IMG/VR virus record: IMGVR_UViG_3300022867_000061
Span: 1 to 26,478 of that record
From: a virus
Taxonomy: Duplodnaviria > Caudoviricetes
Length of the DNA stretch: 26,478 nucleotides
Strand: one strand, 5' to 3'
Shown here: one piece after another, positions 9,015 through 17,383 of the stretch
How positions within the stretch are numbered: position 1 is the stretch's first letter
Layout of the letters: each line of letters starts with the position of its first letter
The notes under the pieces: generated by a model
The model's database searches: none
What the model was told of the DNA's origin: nothing
What the model saw: only the letters and a program-made list of their open reading frames with translations
Position numbers and translations under genes: made by a program

Positions 9015-10893
9015 TTACCATCCCCATTATTTGTGCATATATTGCTGCTTTCTCTGGATCATTAACCAATTGATCTGGATCAATGTCTAGTGACTTAGCA
9101 ACTTCTTTTAAACATGTATGCCATTTAACAAAAGGTGCTAACGATGGGTTAGACGCTGTTTGCATAAATGTCATTAGTCTTTGTGATCTTACTTCCTTCT
9201 GCATCAAAGAAGATGTTCCTTGTGCTTTAATATCTAGATCACCTTGTATCTCTGGTCTTTCACTATTGAATTGCATGTTCCAATGAAACAATGAATTACC
9301 TAGGGGCTTTAATAAATAGTCATCAATGTTTTTAATAACTGTTTTAATACTTAATGCTGCAGCACCCATCAACATAGACATACCTGCTGCCGTTCTTGTA
9401 GTTGATTGTACTCCAGTTGTACCATGTGAGTACGATGGTATTCCAGTTGACTCATCTGCTAGTTGTCTGAATCTATCAAACATCATTAAATTTTCATTAG
9501 CAGTATTTGGAAACTTAATACCATGTATCGCTTGACCTGGCTGTCCACTCTGTCTTCTAAAAATTTTACCAGGGAATACTTTCATATCTTGTCCTGGTAC
9601 TAACATTGTTTCATCAACATCAAATACTAAATTACCTGATAGTGCTAAGTTATCAATTGCCATTCTTGCATGACCATTCATAACTTGTTGTGAATCTTGC
9701 ATGTTCTCTGGTATACCTACACCAAAGAATTGATAAGGGTTTAACTCATACGGACAAACCATATAAGGTATTCTTTTTGGTGAGAAAGGATTTTCTACTA
9801 CTCTTAAAACTTTACCACCACATATCCAAACGTTAACAGATATAACATCTAATTCATCATCATATTCAAAATCTAGTTCTTCTGCTAATTGTTTGCTTAT
9901 TACACCCCAATATTCTAATACTTCAAATCTATTTTTATATAGTGTTGAAGTGTTTTCTCTATCATACAAAGAAGATTCATATCCTCTTGTTTGATAGTTT
10001 GGTCCCATGTCTAAACATTCTCTAATCTTTTCAGCATTAAACATAGGTTTCTTTGCAAGTTCTGCAAATTGTTCTCTGTTGAAAGAATGTCTTTGAATTA
10101 CATATTCAGCATCATTCATATTAGTTGCATTAGGATCTGGGTAGAAATCCCAACATGATACTGCTTCAATACCTGGTACGTCTTTACCAATCTCCATCAT
10201 TGCTGATGCCCCAGTTTCCTCATCTGTAGAAAACTTGTATTGTGTTTTTACATTTGTAAATGGACCTTTTAAAATTCCTGTACCTAGTAAAGCCATTTCA
10301 AAAAGTACATGTCTCATAACTGAGATAGCATCACTCTCTTCTAACTGATCGTGAATTACTTTTTGCATTTTAGATGCTGCCATTGCAGCTGGCTCTATCT
10401 GTGGTTGTGTTTTTAAATCAGGAGCATCTCCCTCTTCAAAACCTACATTCATATACTCTTGTGCTAGATCTTTCATTAAAGATTCTGCTGTAGCACCTTT
10501 TGGTATTCCACCACCATCACCTGGAAAACCATATGGGCTTTCTGTTTTTGGTTGTTGTGGATCTTGTTCTTTCTTTGGATTAAGATGAGCATACTCTGCT
10601 ACACCTTCTGGCATTGCTGTAGGTGTTACACCAATTGGAAACTTACCTGCTGAAAACAGCACTTCAATAAGTTGACCAAACGCAGCAAGTACCTTAGTCT
10701 TTGTTACTTTAACAAATACTTTAGATTTCTCACTATCACGAAAAGTTTGTTCTGGACCATATAGTCCTCTATAGTTTCTGTAAGCAGATAGCCATCTCTT
10801 CTCATCTTGAAGTCTTGCTGTTTCTGCTTGACTGAACTTTTCTCTTACGTATCCTACAAACGGATCGTAGTTATCCTTTTCGTTATTATCCAT
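8824..10893 (-). CDS. portal protein
   Basis: 689 aa; W..AYRNYRG, VKVTKTKVLAA, GTGILKGP, WDFYPDP.A, YELNPYQFFGVG, RMAIDNLALSG, RTAAGMSMLM. Confidence 0.95.
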   Translation of the reverse strand: MDNNEKDNYDPFVGYVREKFSQAETARLQDEKRWLSAYRNYRGLYGPEQTFRDSEKSKVFVKVTKTKVLAAFGQLIEVLFSAGKFPIGVTPTAMPEGVAEYAHLNPKKEQDPQQPKTESPYGFPGDGGGIPKGATAESLMKDLAQEYMNVGFEEGDAPDLKTQPQIEPAAMAASKMQKVIHDQLEESDAISVMRHVLFEMALLGTGILKGPFTNVKTQYKFSTDEETGASAMMEIGKDVPGIEAVSCWDFYPDPNATNMNDAEYVIQRHSFNREQFAELAKKPMFNAEKIRECLDMGPNYQTRGYESSLYDRENTSTLYKNRFEVLEYWGVISKQLAEELDFEYDDELDVISVNVWICGGKVLRVVENPFSPKRIPYMVCPYELNPYQFFGVGIPENMQDSQQVMNGHARMAIDNLALSGNLVFDVDETMLVPGQDMKVFPGKIFRRQSGQPGQAIHGIKFPNTANENLMMFDRFRQLADESTGIPSYSHGTTGVQSTTRTAAGMSMLMGAAALSIKTVIKNIDDYLLKPLGNSLFHWNMQFNSERPEIQGDLDIKAQGTSSLMQKEVRSQRLMTFMQTASNPSLAPFVKWHTCLKEVAKSLDIDPDQLVNDPEKAAIYAQIMGMVNGNQTNTGNSGQPSPMGNMGGVPPGASPTDPTGNGGGNIGTGNVPMPGEAGFASQDPQSKGNN

Positions 10894-11172
10894 CTAGTCC
10901 TTTTTAAATTGTCCTGTTGGCTCTAACTTCTTTTTATCTTTAACTGCTTTCTTTAAATTAGTTAGTTCTGCTTCTGTTAAAGTAGGATTCATACTTAACT
11001 CTTTAGCAGTTTCTAAATTAACTGCTGAGTATCCTTTCATCTTAGAAGCATTAATATCCATTCCAGATATATCAGCTTTATAATTTTTAGTTAAAGATTC
11101 CTTATCAGCTTTATACTTATCAAACATCGTATACTTAGGATGTTCGTTAGTATATTTTTTATCTGTAAGCAT
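10894..11172 (-). CDS. hypothetical Lys-rich protein
   Basis: 92 aa; stop abuts the portal start. Confidence 0.65.
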   Translation of the reverse strand: MLTDKKYTNEHPKYTMFDKYKADKESLTKNYKADISGMDINASKMKGYSAVNLETAKELSMNPTLTEAELTNLKKAVKDKKKLEPTGQFKKD

Positions 11173-11174
11173 GA

Positions 11175-11369
11175 CTAGTAGTCTCTTTCTTCAGCCATTC
11201 TAAATATTGATGGATCAACTTTTGATTTAGCACCTGGCTTATCATTGCTGTCTCCAGCAGTTGAACCCTTAGTAACTTTTGAATTAGGGTCTATTGCTAA
11301 TTTTTCATTTCTAACTTTAGCCACATCAGCTGAAAGTTCACCGTGTTTGTATCTTTTATTTATATCCAT
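11175..11369 (-). CDS. small protein, paralogue of 11607-11834
   Basis: Start re-called to MDINKRYKHGELS (AAGGAG SD); ends FRMAEERDY. Confidence 0.75.
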   Translation of the reverse strand: MDINKRYKHGELSADVAKVRNEKLAIDPNSKVTKGSTAGDSNDKPGAKSKVDPSIFRMAEERDY

Positions 11370-11607
11370 TGCTATTCTCCTTTTTTGTATAGCCTTGGTA
11401 GCCATAGAATTTACTATCTGTAAGTTTTTTAGCTCCCATTTTTTTTCTTCTTTCCATTACTAAATGAGCTTTAAGTTTTTCTTTAAACTTTGCTTTCTTT
11501 TCTGGTGGATTCTTTTCGTTAAACTTTTTTTTCTTTTTTTCTTTTATTTCTGATTGAAGTTGTTTATCATCAACAAGCTCCATAAAACTATAGCTTTTGT
11601 CAGCCAT
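11356..11607 (-). CDS. very basic small protein
   Basis: 83 aa with poly-Lys tracts; TAATG coupling to the upstream gene. Confidence 0.65.
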   Translation of the reverse strand: MADKSYSFMELVDDKQLQSEIKEKKKKKFNEKNPPEKKAKFKEKLKAHLVMERRKKMGAKKLTDSKFYGYQGYTKKENSNGYK

Positions 11608-11834
11608 TAGTAATCCTTCTCATCAGCCAACTTATTAAAGTTAGCATCTAATTGGCTTCTGAATTTTTTAGGTTCATGATAGCCAAAATTTCCATCTTGA
11701 GTTTCAGCAGCCCTATCTTCTCTTTTGATACTTATCTTAAGATCTCCAGGTTCTTGATTAGGTTGCTTACCTTCAGGAGTAGAGCTTAGATCACCTTGCT
11801 TAACTTTAGCTTTGGGGTCAAATTTCATTTCCAT
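11607..11834 (-). CDS. small protein, paralogue of 11175-11369
   Basis: KVKQGDLS...FNKLADEKDY; AGGA SD. Confidence 0.75.
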   Translation of the reverse strand: MEMKFDPKAKVKQGDLSSTPEGKQPNQEPGDLKISIKREDRAAETQDGNFGYHEPKKFRSQLDANFNKLADEKDY

Positions 11835-11841
11835 ATTGTTC

Positions 11842-12132
11842 CTATATTTTTATTTTTTTTATTTGTAAAACGTTTGTTGTTGGGAGAGTAGTATAACCAC
11901 CACCTGTCTTTACTTTACCATTATCTTCAAATATAAAATCTGACATAATGATAGTTCTTTTATCGTCTTGAAATACTAAGTATCCTAAACTACAACATAT
12001 TGCTGTGCTAGAACTTTTAATATCTGGAAGTTCAGCCCAGCCTGCATCTCCAACGATATCTTCCCATAATATCTGTACTAGATCATAAGGAAAATTCTTT
12101 TTATCTATAGTAGGTAACTTTACTTTTTTCAT
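11842..12132 (-). CDS. small beta-rich phage protein (LV.I.WED...GW family)
   Basis: GAGG SD; motif pattern often seen in phage proteins near terminases; function unknown. Confidence 0.7.
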   Translation of the reverse strand: MKKVKLPTIDKKNFPYDLVQILWEDIVGDAGWAELPDIKSSSTAICCSLGYLVFQDDKRTIIMSDFIFEDNGKVKTGGGYTTLPTTNVLQIKKIKI

Positions 12133-12144
12133 ATATCCTCTCTG

Positions 12145-13779
12145 TTAATATCCAAATATTTTATCTGAGGGGACAAAATTAGCTGTTCTATTACTGTTAC
12201 CAAATGCTTTGTTTGCATAACTTGTATGTATCGGTCTACTCATACATCCGTATCTTAGTGCATCATATGCGTGATCTTCTACGTGTGTATTAATATCTTC
12301 AGGATTACTATCATCTAATGGTAGTGTAGGAAATGTTCTTAACAAATTTCTACAATTAGAAAATATACGAATGCCTGGTTCTTTATCTTCAACCTTTAAT
12401 CGTTTGTGGATTTCTAGCTTTCCACTAATTCTACTTCTTCCTGTTCTATCAGAAGGTCTCCAACGACACCCAGCTTGAATCATTGTTTCTGCAATGCTTG
12501 GACCTATATCACCACGTCTTGCCCATGTACTAGCGTCTAAAACCCCGTAGCGTATGTATTCTCCACTCTCTAGGTCTAAGACTTTCTTTGCGAAAATATC
12601 TGCTGTAATCTTTTGGGTATACAACTCTCTATAAACCCATAGATTATTATCATAATCAATAGCAAACCATAAACAACAAGCAGGAGAACTGTAACCCCAG
12701 TCAGCAGCACGAAATCTTTGCCAGCCTTTAGGTATTTCAAAAGGTTCAACAACATGTAAGTCCCTATCAAATTCTGAGAATGCTGCATTAGAGAATGCAT
12801 CCCAATCTCCGTTTAAAAATTGCTTTCTTTGTACTTCTGGTAATGATGATAACATTGCATAGTAATCATCAGTCTGCATAAGGTAAGGATTGTCCTGTAA
12901 CTTAGCGGGTATAAACTTTCTAGTTATATACTTTGTCCCTGAAGGTGTAGAAATCTCTATGTTAAAAGCTGTATTAGGATCTATAGGATCCACAAACATC
13001 TCTTTAACCCATTGTGATCCAACATTACCTGGGTTACCTGTAGCCCTCATGTATACTGGTATACTCGGATCAACTGATCTAAGTGACGATCTTAGAAAAT
13101 TATATATATCTGGCGAAGGATATTGTGGAAGTTCGTCTATTCCTATCCATGTGTAAGACTGCCCTTGGTAACGTAATACGTCTGTCATGTTCTCTGCATA
13201 ACCAAACTCTATTTTTGCTCCTGATGGGAATCTCCATTCTTTTTCTTGCTCTCTCCATTTTGCTCCTGGATATGCTCTTGAGTATAATCTTTGAGAATGA
13301 TTAATCAAATCTCTTAACTCTGGCATAGTTCTACGAAGTAGTAGACAACGATGATGTTCTTTATGACAGTACCTTAGAGGATCTATTAACATGGCGTATG
13401 ATTTACCACCACCTCTTGCACCCCCGTAAAACACTTCTCGTTCTGATGCAGCTAAGAAATCTCTTTGTGGACCTTTGTTAGGTTGAAAGATTATCTCTTT
13501 ACCTGCTAGATGTTCCTGTACGTTTGCTGGAACTTCGTCTATTACGTCTTGGGTTATAAGCTGCTGTTCTTTTCCATCTAATACTTTGTCAATGGTTAAC
13601 AATTTATCCTTGACATTTTTTGCATGGATCTTAGCTGAACGTAAAGTTTGTTCTGCCTTTGCAACTTTTTTACGTGTTCTTGCTATTGCCTGCTTAGCCG
13701 ACTGCTTGGCTTTGGTCTTTACTTTCTTCTTTGGCTTTGGCAGCGGTATCTCTGGTAACTCTTTTTCTAAGTCCGACAT
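12145..13779 (-). CDS. terL: terminase large subunit
   Basis: Walker A GGARGGGKS, Walker B WIGIDE, coupling motif ATGNPG, nuclease ADWG and EDHAYDALRY. Start re-called to ATG (MSDLEKE) from the TTG at 13821. Confidence 0.96.
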   Translation of the reverse strand: MSDLEKELPEIPLPKPKKKVKTKAKQSAKQAIARTRKKVAKAEQTLRSAKIHAKNVKDKLLTIDKVLDGKEQQLITQDVIDEVPANVQEHLAGKEIIFQPNKGPQRDFLAASEREVFYGGARGGGKSYAMLIDPLRYCHKEHHRCLLLRRTMPELRDLINHSQRLYSRAYPGAKWREQEKEWRFPSGAKIEFGYAENMTDVLRYQGQSYTWIGIDELPQYPSPDIYNFLRSSLRSVDPSIPVYMRATGNPGNVGSQWVKEMFVDPIDPNTAFNIEISTPSGTKYITRKFIPAKLQDNPYLMQTDDYYAMLSSLPEVQRKQFLNGDWDAFSNAAFSEFDRDLHVVEPFEIPKGWQRFRAADWGYSSPACCLWFAIDYDNNLWVYRELYTQKITADIFAKKVLDLESGEYIRYGVLDASTWARRGDIGPSIAETMIQAGCRWRPSDRTGRSRISGKLEIHKRLKVEDKEPGIRIFSNCRNLLRTFPTLPLDDSNPEDINTHVEDHAYDALRYGCMSRPIHTSYANKAFGNSNRTANFVPSDKIFGY

Positions 13780-13960
13780 ATGATATGTATCTTTTCGTTT
13801 TTGCTGATAACCAAATAGCAACCTCTCGGTATGAACATGTTTTTAAAAATTTCTTTGCTTCTTCTAAAGCATCTAATTCAAATTGTATTGGCTCAATATA
13901 ATCTGTGTCTTCTGCTAATTTATATCCAAAAGGAATAGTTCTAGCTTTTCGTTTAATCAC
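13694..13960 (-). CDS. small DNA-binding protein (recombinase-DBD-like / HTH)
   Basis: IPFGY...SYREVA.WL......IS..GL.K pattern; overlaps the terL start. Confidence 0.75.
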   Translation of the reverse strand: MIKRKARTIPFGYKLAEDTDYIEPIQFELDALEEAKKFLKTCSYREVAIWLSAKTKRYISYVGLRKRVTRDTAAKAKEESKDQSQAVG

Positions 13961-14131
13961 TTAATTCTTTTTTTTCTTTTCTAAATCTTTTAATATTAAA
14001 TCAGATATTCTATTATTTTCTTTTATCTGTTTAGCACTAGCAACTTTAAGTATTTTTCCACCAGGTACAAATCTAGTTAGATCCTGTACTTTTTTTTTAT
14101 CTGGGTATGCATTTGAATAATTTTTGGTCAT
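13961..14131 (-). CDS. small basic protein (56 aa, absent from ORF track)
   Basis: MTKNYSNAYPDKKKVQDL...LEKKKKN; fills the gap between neighbours; AGGA SD. Confidence 0.6.
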   Translation of the reverse strand: MTKNYSNAYPDKKKVQDLTRFVPGGKILKVASAKQIKENNRISDLILKDLEKKKKN

Positions 14132-14132
14132 A

Positions 14133-14564
14133 TTAATCCTGCACTGGGGTTACGATTGATTCTTCTGGTTCATTCTTAGCTGGTAATATAAACATACCAT
14201 GCTTTAAATTCATATTGATATCTAATTGATCTTTCTTTACAATACCAATACGGTCTAATATTTGTTTTGCTGCTTCCATTCGGATACTAGCGTGTGGAGT
14301 TGTTCCATCTTCGTCTAACAAGTTTACCATTCTAGTTGCAGCCTTCGCAGAATGTATGGCTAAATAATTTTCTGCTCTTTTAACAATCTCGTCTTTTAAA
14401 TTACGCAGAACTTTAGGATATGAATGTTCTGAGTAACCTGCTAGCTCTCCTGCCTGTCTTGGATTTCCTTGGGCTTCTCCGAATAATGCGTCTAGAAACT
14501 TTTCCTGTGAGACCGTCAAGCTTTTCTTTTGAGTGTTTGTTGTAATAGAATCCATTGTTTGCAT
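14133..14564 (-). CDS. terminase small subunit-like HTH protein
   Basis: LT..QEKFL......GN..QA..LAGYS HTH typical of TerS; AAKQILDR.G; GGAG SD. Confidence 0.75.
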   Translation of the reverse strand: MQTMDSITTNTQKKSLTVSQEKFLDALFGEAQGNPRQAGELAGYSEHSYPKVLRNLKDEIVKRAENYLAIHSAKAATRMVNLLDEDGTTPHASIRMEAAKQILDRIGIVKKDQLDINMNLKHGMFILPAKNEPEESIVTPVQD

Positions 14565-14620
14565 TTACCAACTCCATGATTTCCTTGAAAGGAAGTTCTA
14601 GAGCTTTAGTGGGTATCAAG

Positions 14621-15103
14621 TTATTTTTTCTTTTTTAATTTTTTAAAGAACTCAGATCCAGTCTTAGAGGATTTGAATTTACTGAAGATGCTTTCTTTCT
14701 TCTCAGCACCTTTAGTTTTAGTAGGATCAAATCTATCTTCTCTCTTACCTTTAGTAGTTAAGTAGCCTTTACCACCTAACATGAATTTAGATTTACCTTC
14801 TTTAGTAGCAGCATCGAAAGCTTCTTTGAAAGATCTTTTCTTTCCTGGCATAACTTTAGCATCATCTCTGCTTTTTGCAGATTTGAACATGCTTTCTGCA
14901 GCATACATCTTAGATGTAGCAGCTTGATTTCTTTTACCTTGTGCAACTGAAGCTTTTGCAGCTCTTTTTTCTTTAGCTAGTCTTCCTTCGAAGATACTAC
15001 CAGTCTTTTTAACTTTTGTCCTTGCTTTATAAGCAGCCTTATTCTTATAAGTAACACCGTTTGCAACGATACTACCATCATCTTTAATTTTTATTCCAGC
15101 CAT
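14621..15103 (-). CDS. highly basic Lys-rich protein, first gene of the late arm
   Basis: 160 aa; AAGGA SD; contains the SFKEAFDAA.KEGK.KF..GGK.Y.T motif. Confidence 0.75.
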   Translation of the reverse strand: MAGIKIKDDGSIVANGVTYKNKAAYKARTKVKKTGSIFEGRLAKEKRAAKASVAQGKRNQAATSKMYAAESMFKSAKSRDDAKVMPGKKRSFKEAFDAATKEGKSKFMLGGKGYLTTKGKREDRFDPTKTKGAEKKESIFSKFKSSKTGSEFFKKLKKKK

Positions 15104-15242
15104 TTGTTTATATCCTTATTTGATTGTTAAACTTATGGGAATCCTAGGTGTTCCCTATAAATTGGTACAGTTTAGTGATGACCGATTGTGCATGAGTGCA
15201 TGCTGTAGTGTTTGTGTGTCCTTTTAAAGTGTACCTGATTCT

Positions 15243-15271
15243 AGTATACACACAAATATAACTTTTGTCAA
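15243..15271 (-). promoter_or_regulatory. sigma70 promoter for the morphogenesis operon
   Basis: TTGACA-17nt-TATACT on the minus strand. Confidence 0.85.
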
Positions 15272-15322
15272 GTACTAATTTAAATTATTTTTATATTAAA
15301 GCATTATTGTTAAAAATAATCA

Positions 15323-15351
15323 TTGACAAAAGGTAGAAGTGGGTGTATAAT
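15323..15351 (+). promoter_or_regulatory. consensus sigma70 promoter facing non-coding DNA
   Basis: TTGACA-17nt-TATAAT. Confidence 0.85.
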
Positions 15352-15765
15352 GTAATTAAGGTTACACGGGGGGGTTTATATATAATATATACTTAAATAT
15401 ACATACCCCCTAGGGAACACCCTAGCATATAGCCAGGAGATTTACAGAATATTGTAACCTAGTATGTAGCCACAGGGTGGTTTACAGGGGAATTGGGGAT
15501 TTTAGTACGATCCTATATGTATATATGTAGTACCCCCCTAGTGCCCTTGCCTGCCCCCTTAAAAATATTCCCTCGTGTAAAACTTAGAAATTATCTGGGG
15601 GATATCTTGTGGTTTCGTTTGGGGAGAGTTGGGGGGAGTGTAAAATTTTGTAAGATACACAACCCAATGTTAACCTAGTGTTAATTTAATTAGTACCTAG
15701 TTAAATCATAGTAGTATGATAATCATACCTAAAATAGAGCTTCATTTGATTTATAGTACAGATAC
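15352..15765. other. non-coding G/C-run- and CCTAG-rich region, probable genome terminus / packaging region
   Basis: No credible ORF; homopolymeric G and C runs; six CCTAG copies; lies between late and early arms. Function is inferred. Confidence 0.5.
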
Positions 15766-15797
15766 AAAAAAAGCCCTGATGTTTTAAGTCAGGGCTT
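15766..15797 (-). terminator. intrinsic terminator of the 15817-16686 gene
   Basis: AAGCCCTGA/TCAGGGCTT stem with A7 on the plus strand (U-tract on minus). Confidence 0.8.
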
Positions 15798-15816
15798 AGT
15801 TGTTAGCTAGTATTAA

Positions 15817-16686
15817 CTATGCAATCTTAGAAATTCTAACCAAAGACTGCTTATTGTGGTCTATAACTTTAAACTCAACAGACTCAATATTTACAATGTT
15901 AGCATTTTTCATACTACCATTTTTATCAAAGTCTTTTAAGTCTCTCTCGTATTGCTCAACTAATCTTAAGCTGAATTGTGCTATCTTTCTCAACTCAACT
16001 ATTTCACTAGTACCATAGTCATTTACTAGATAATCGGCTTTTTTGTTTCTAGTTTGCATCTCAGCATTTAAAAAGTTTTTCATTGTTTTTAAATTGCTTA
16101 ATACAGTCTCATCATTGTTAGGTGTTTGGGCTCCAGTTTTAACAACTGGGCTTATTTTATTCCATAACAATTCAAGCCCACGTGTACTCAAAGGTATTAG
16201 GCTTTCATCATTATTAGGCGTGTATTTAATTTCATTGTTTCCAGAAACTTTTAAGTTTGGATAAATGATATTAGATTGTGCAACTACTAACTTGTCTTTG
16301 ATAATAGCCTTAGTTTTGTCAGTATTAATTAAAACTAATGCTAATTTAACAGCACGAGAAACTAAATTTTCAAAAATATAGTTTCTAATTGGTTTTCCAT
16401 CAGCGTCCTTTTCATTAGGATAGTTAACCAGATTATACAACTTTTCTCTAATTGTAGTTAAATTAAAATAATCAGTTGTTTTTAATTTGTTAGTTTCACA
16501 ATGAGAATTAACTTCGTTGTAAAAATTAACAATCTTTAAACTTAAAGGTTGAATAGCTAAGAAACCAGTTTTTTCAATAGTTTCCGATACTTTCCATAAG
16601 TTTTTAACGTCACCCTCGCACACTTTATAAGCTTTGATACTAGCATAAAAGTCCACAGTTTCTGGTTTTTTTGTTTGTATTGTCAT
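15817..16686 (-). CDS. orphan protein (~289 aa), divergent from the early arm
   Basis: Long ORF; start re-called to MTIQTKK (AAGGA SD); has its own terminator; no recognised family. Confidence 0.8.
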   Translation of the reverse strand: MTIQTKKPETVDFYASIKAYKVCEGDVKNLWKVSETIEKTGFLAIQPLSLKIVNFYNEVNSHCETNKLKTTDYFNLTTIREKLYNLVNYPNEKDADGKPIRNYIFENLVSRAVKLALVLINTDKTKAIIKDKLVVAQSNIIYPNLKVSGNNEIKYTPNNDESLIPLSTRGLELLWNKISPVVKTGAQTPNNDETVLSNLKTMKNFLNAEMQTRNKKADYLVNDYGTSEIVELRKIAQFSLRLVEQYERDLKDFDKNGSMKNANIVNIESVEFKVIDHNKQSLVRISKIA

Positions 16687-16833
16687 TTTATTATCCTTGT
16701 TATGAATACCCAATAAATTTATATTTATTTTTAAAATATCCATATCCCTTTATCGCATTTTTAATAACATACGTCAAATTAATATTACATATATATGTAA
16801 TTAATATTATCTGGTGTCACGTGACACAGCATA

Positions 16834-16848
16834 GAACATTACAAGAAC
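16834..16848. promoter_or_regulatory. alphaproteobacterial-type LexA (SOS) box
   Basis: AGAACAttacaAGAACA matches GAAC-N7-GAAC; located in the divergent intergenic region. Confidence 0.65.
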
Positions 16849-16895
16849 ATCAACCCTTGATTGTATTGTGGTATTAATACCATAGTGTGATAAAT

Positions 16896-16924
16896 TTGAC
16901 ACAGTATCTCATAAGTTGTATTAT
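16896..16924 (+). promoter_or_regulatory. sigma70 early promoter
   Basis: TTGACA-17-TATTAT. Confidence 0.8.
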
Positions 16925-16991
16925 ATATATATATTAATTAGATATAATATTTATATATAAAATATATATCTTTAAATGCGAGGTTAAAAAA

Positions 16992-17237
16992 ATGAGCGTT
17001 GAAAACTTACAATATAAAATAAATGATAGACTTGAAAAAAGATTATCAAGCATTGAAAAAATAGTGATTGATTTAAAAGAAGATAAAAAATTATTAAATC
17101 AATTGTTAAGCGTTGCAACTGTAATTCTCTTTAATGAAAGTAGTTTAAAAAGTTTAACAAATGACAATATAAAAAATGTAATGACACCTAAAATTCATGA
17201 GGCGATTAAGTCTATAAATGAGGGCTTAAAAATATGA
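16992..17237 (+). CDS. hypothetical early protein (coiled-coil N-terminus)
   Basis: GAGGT SD; 81 aa. Confidence 0.75.
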   Translation: MSVENLQYKINDRLEKRLSSIEKIVIDLKEDKKLLNQLLSVATVILFNESSLKSLTNDNIKNVMTPKIHEAIKSINEGLKI

Positions 17238-17383
17238 TTGAATTATCTTTTATAATTGGTTGCTTATTAATTGTTTTAATAGGTGTTTATTTAATGAAAG
17301 CTAATCAACTTTTTATTGATGAGCAAAATAGAAAGTACATCAAGCCCATTAATAAAGTTAAACCAAAGTTAAAAACAAAATGA
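17234..17383 (+). CDS. 49-aa single-TM micro-protein
   Basis: MIELSFIIGCLLIVLIGVYLMKANQ...; ATGA overlaps at both ends. Confidence 0.7.
   Translation: MIELSFIIGCLLIVLIGVYLMKANQLFIDEQNRKYIKPINKVKPKLKTK

Noticed and set aside
812-13783. Plus-strand ORFs in the track (812, 2455, 3423, 3526, 5554, 7075, 7923, 8408, 8779, 9083, 9326, 11245, 12890, 13083, 13586) and minus ORF 12576-12800
   Set aside because: Antisense or off-frame shadows of well-supported structural genes, with no protein-like motifs.
15493-15678. 61-aa plus-strand ORF downstream of the perfect promoter
   Set aside because: TTG start and composition dictated by G/C homopolymer runs; probably non-coding, though not excluded.
16749-16777. 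Minus-strand TTGACG-17-GATAAA as promoter of the orphan gene
   Set aside because: The -10 is too weak to call.
15800-16877. Plus-strand ORFs 15800, 16043 and 16671
   Set aside because: Antisense to the orphan gene or spanning regulatory DNA.
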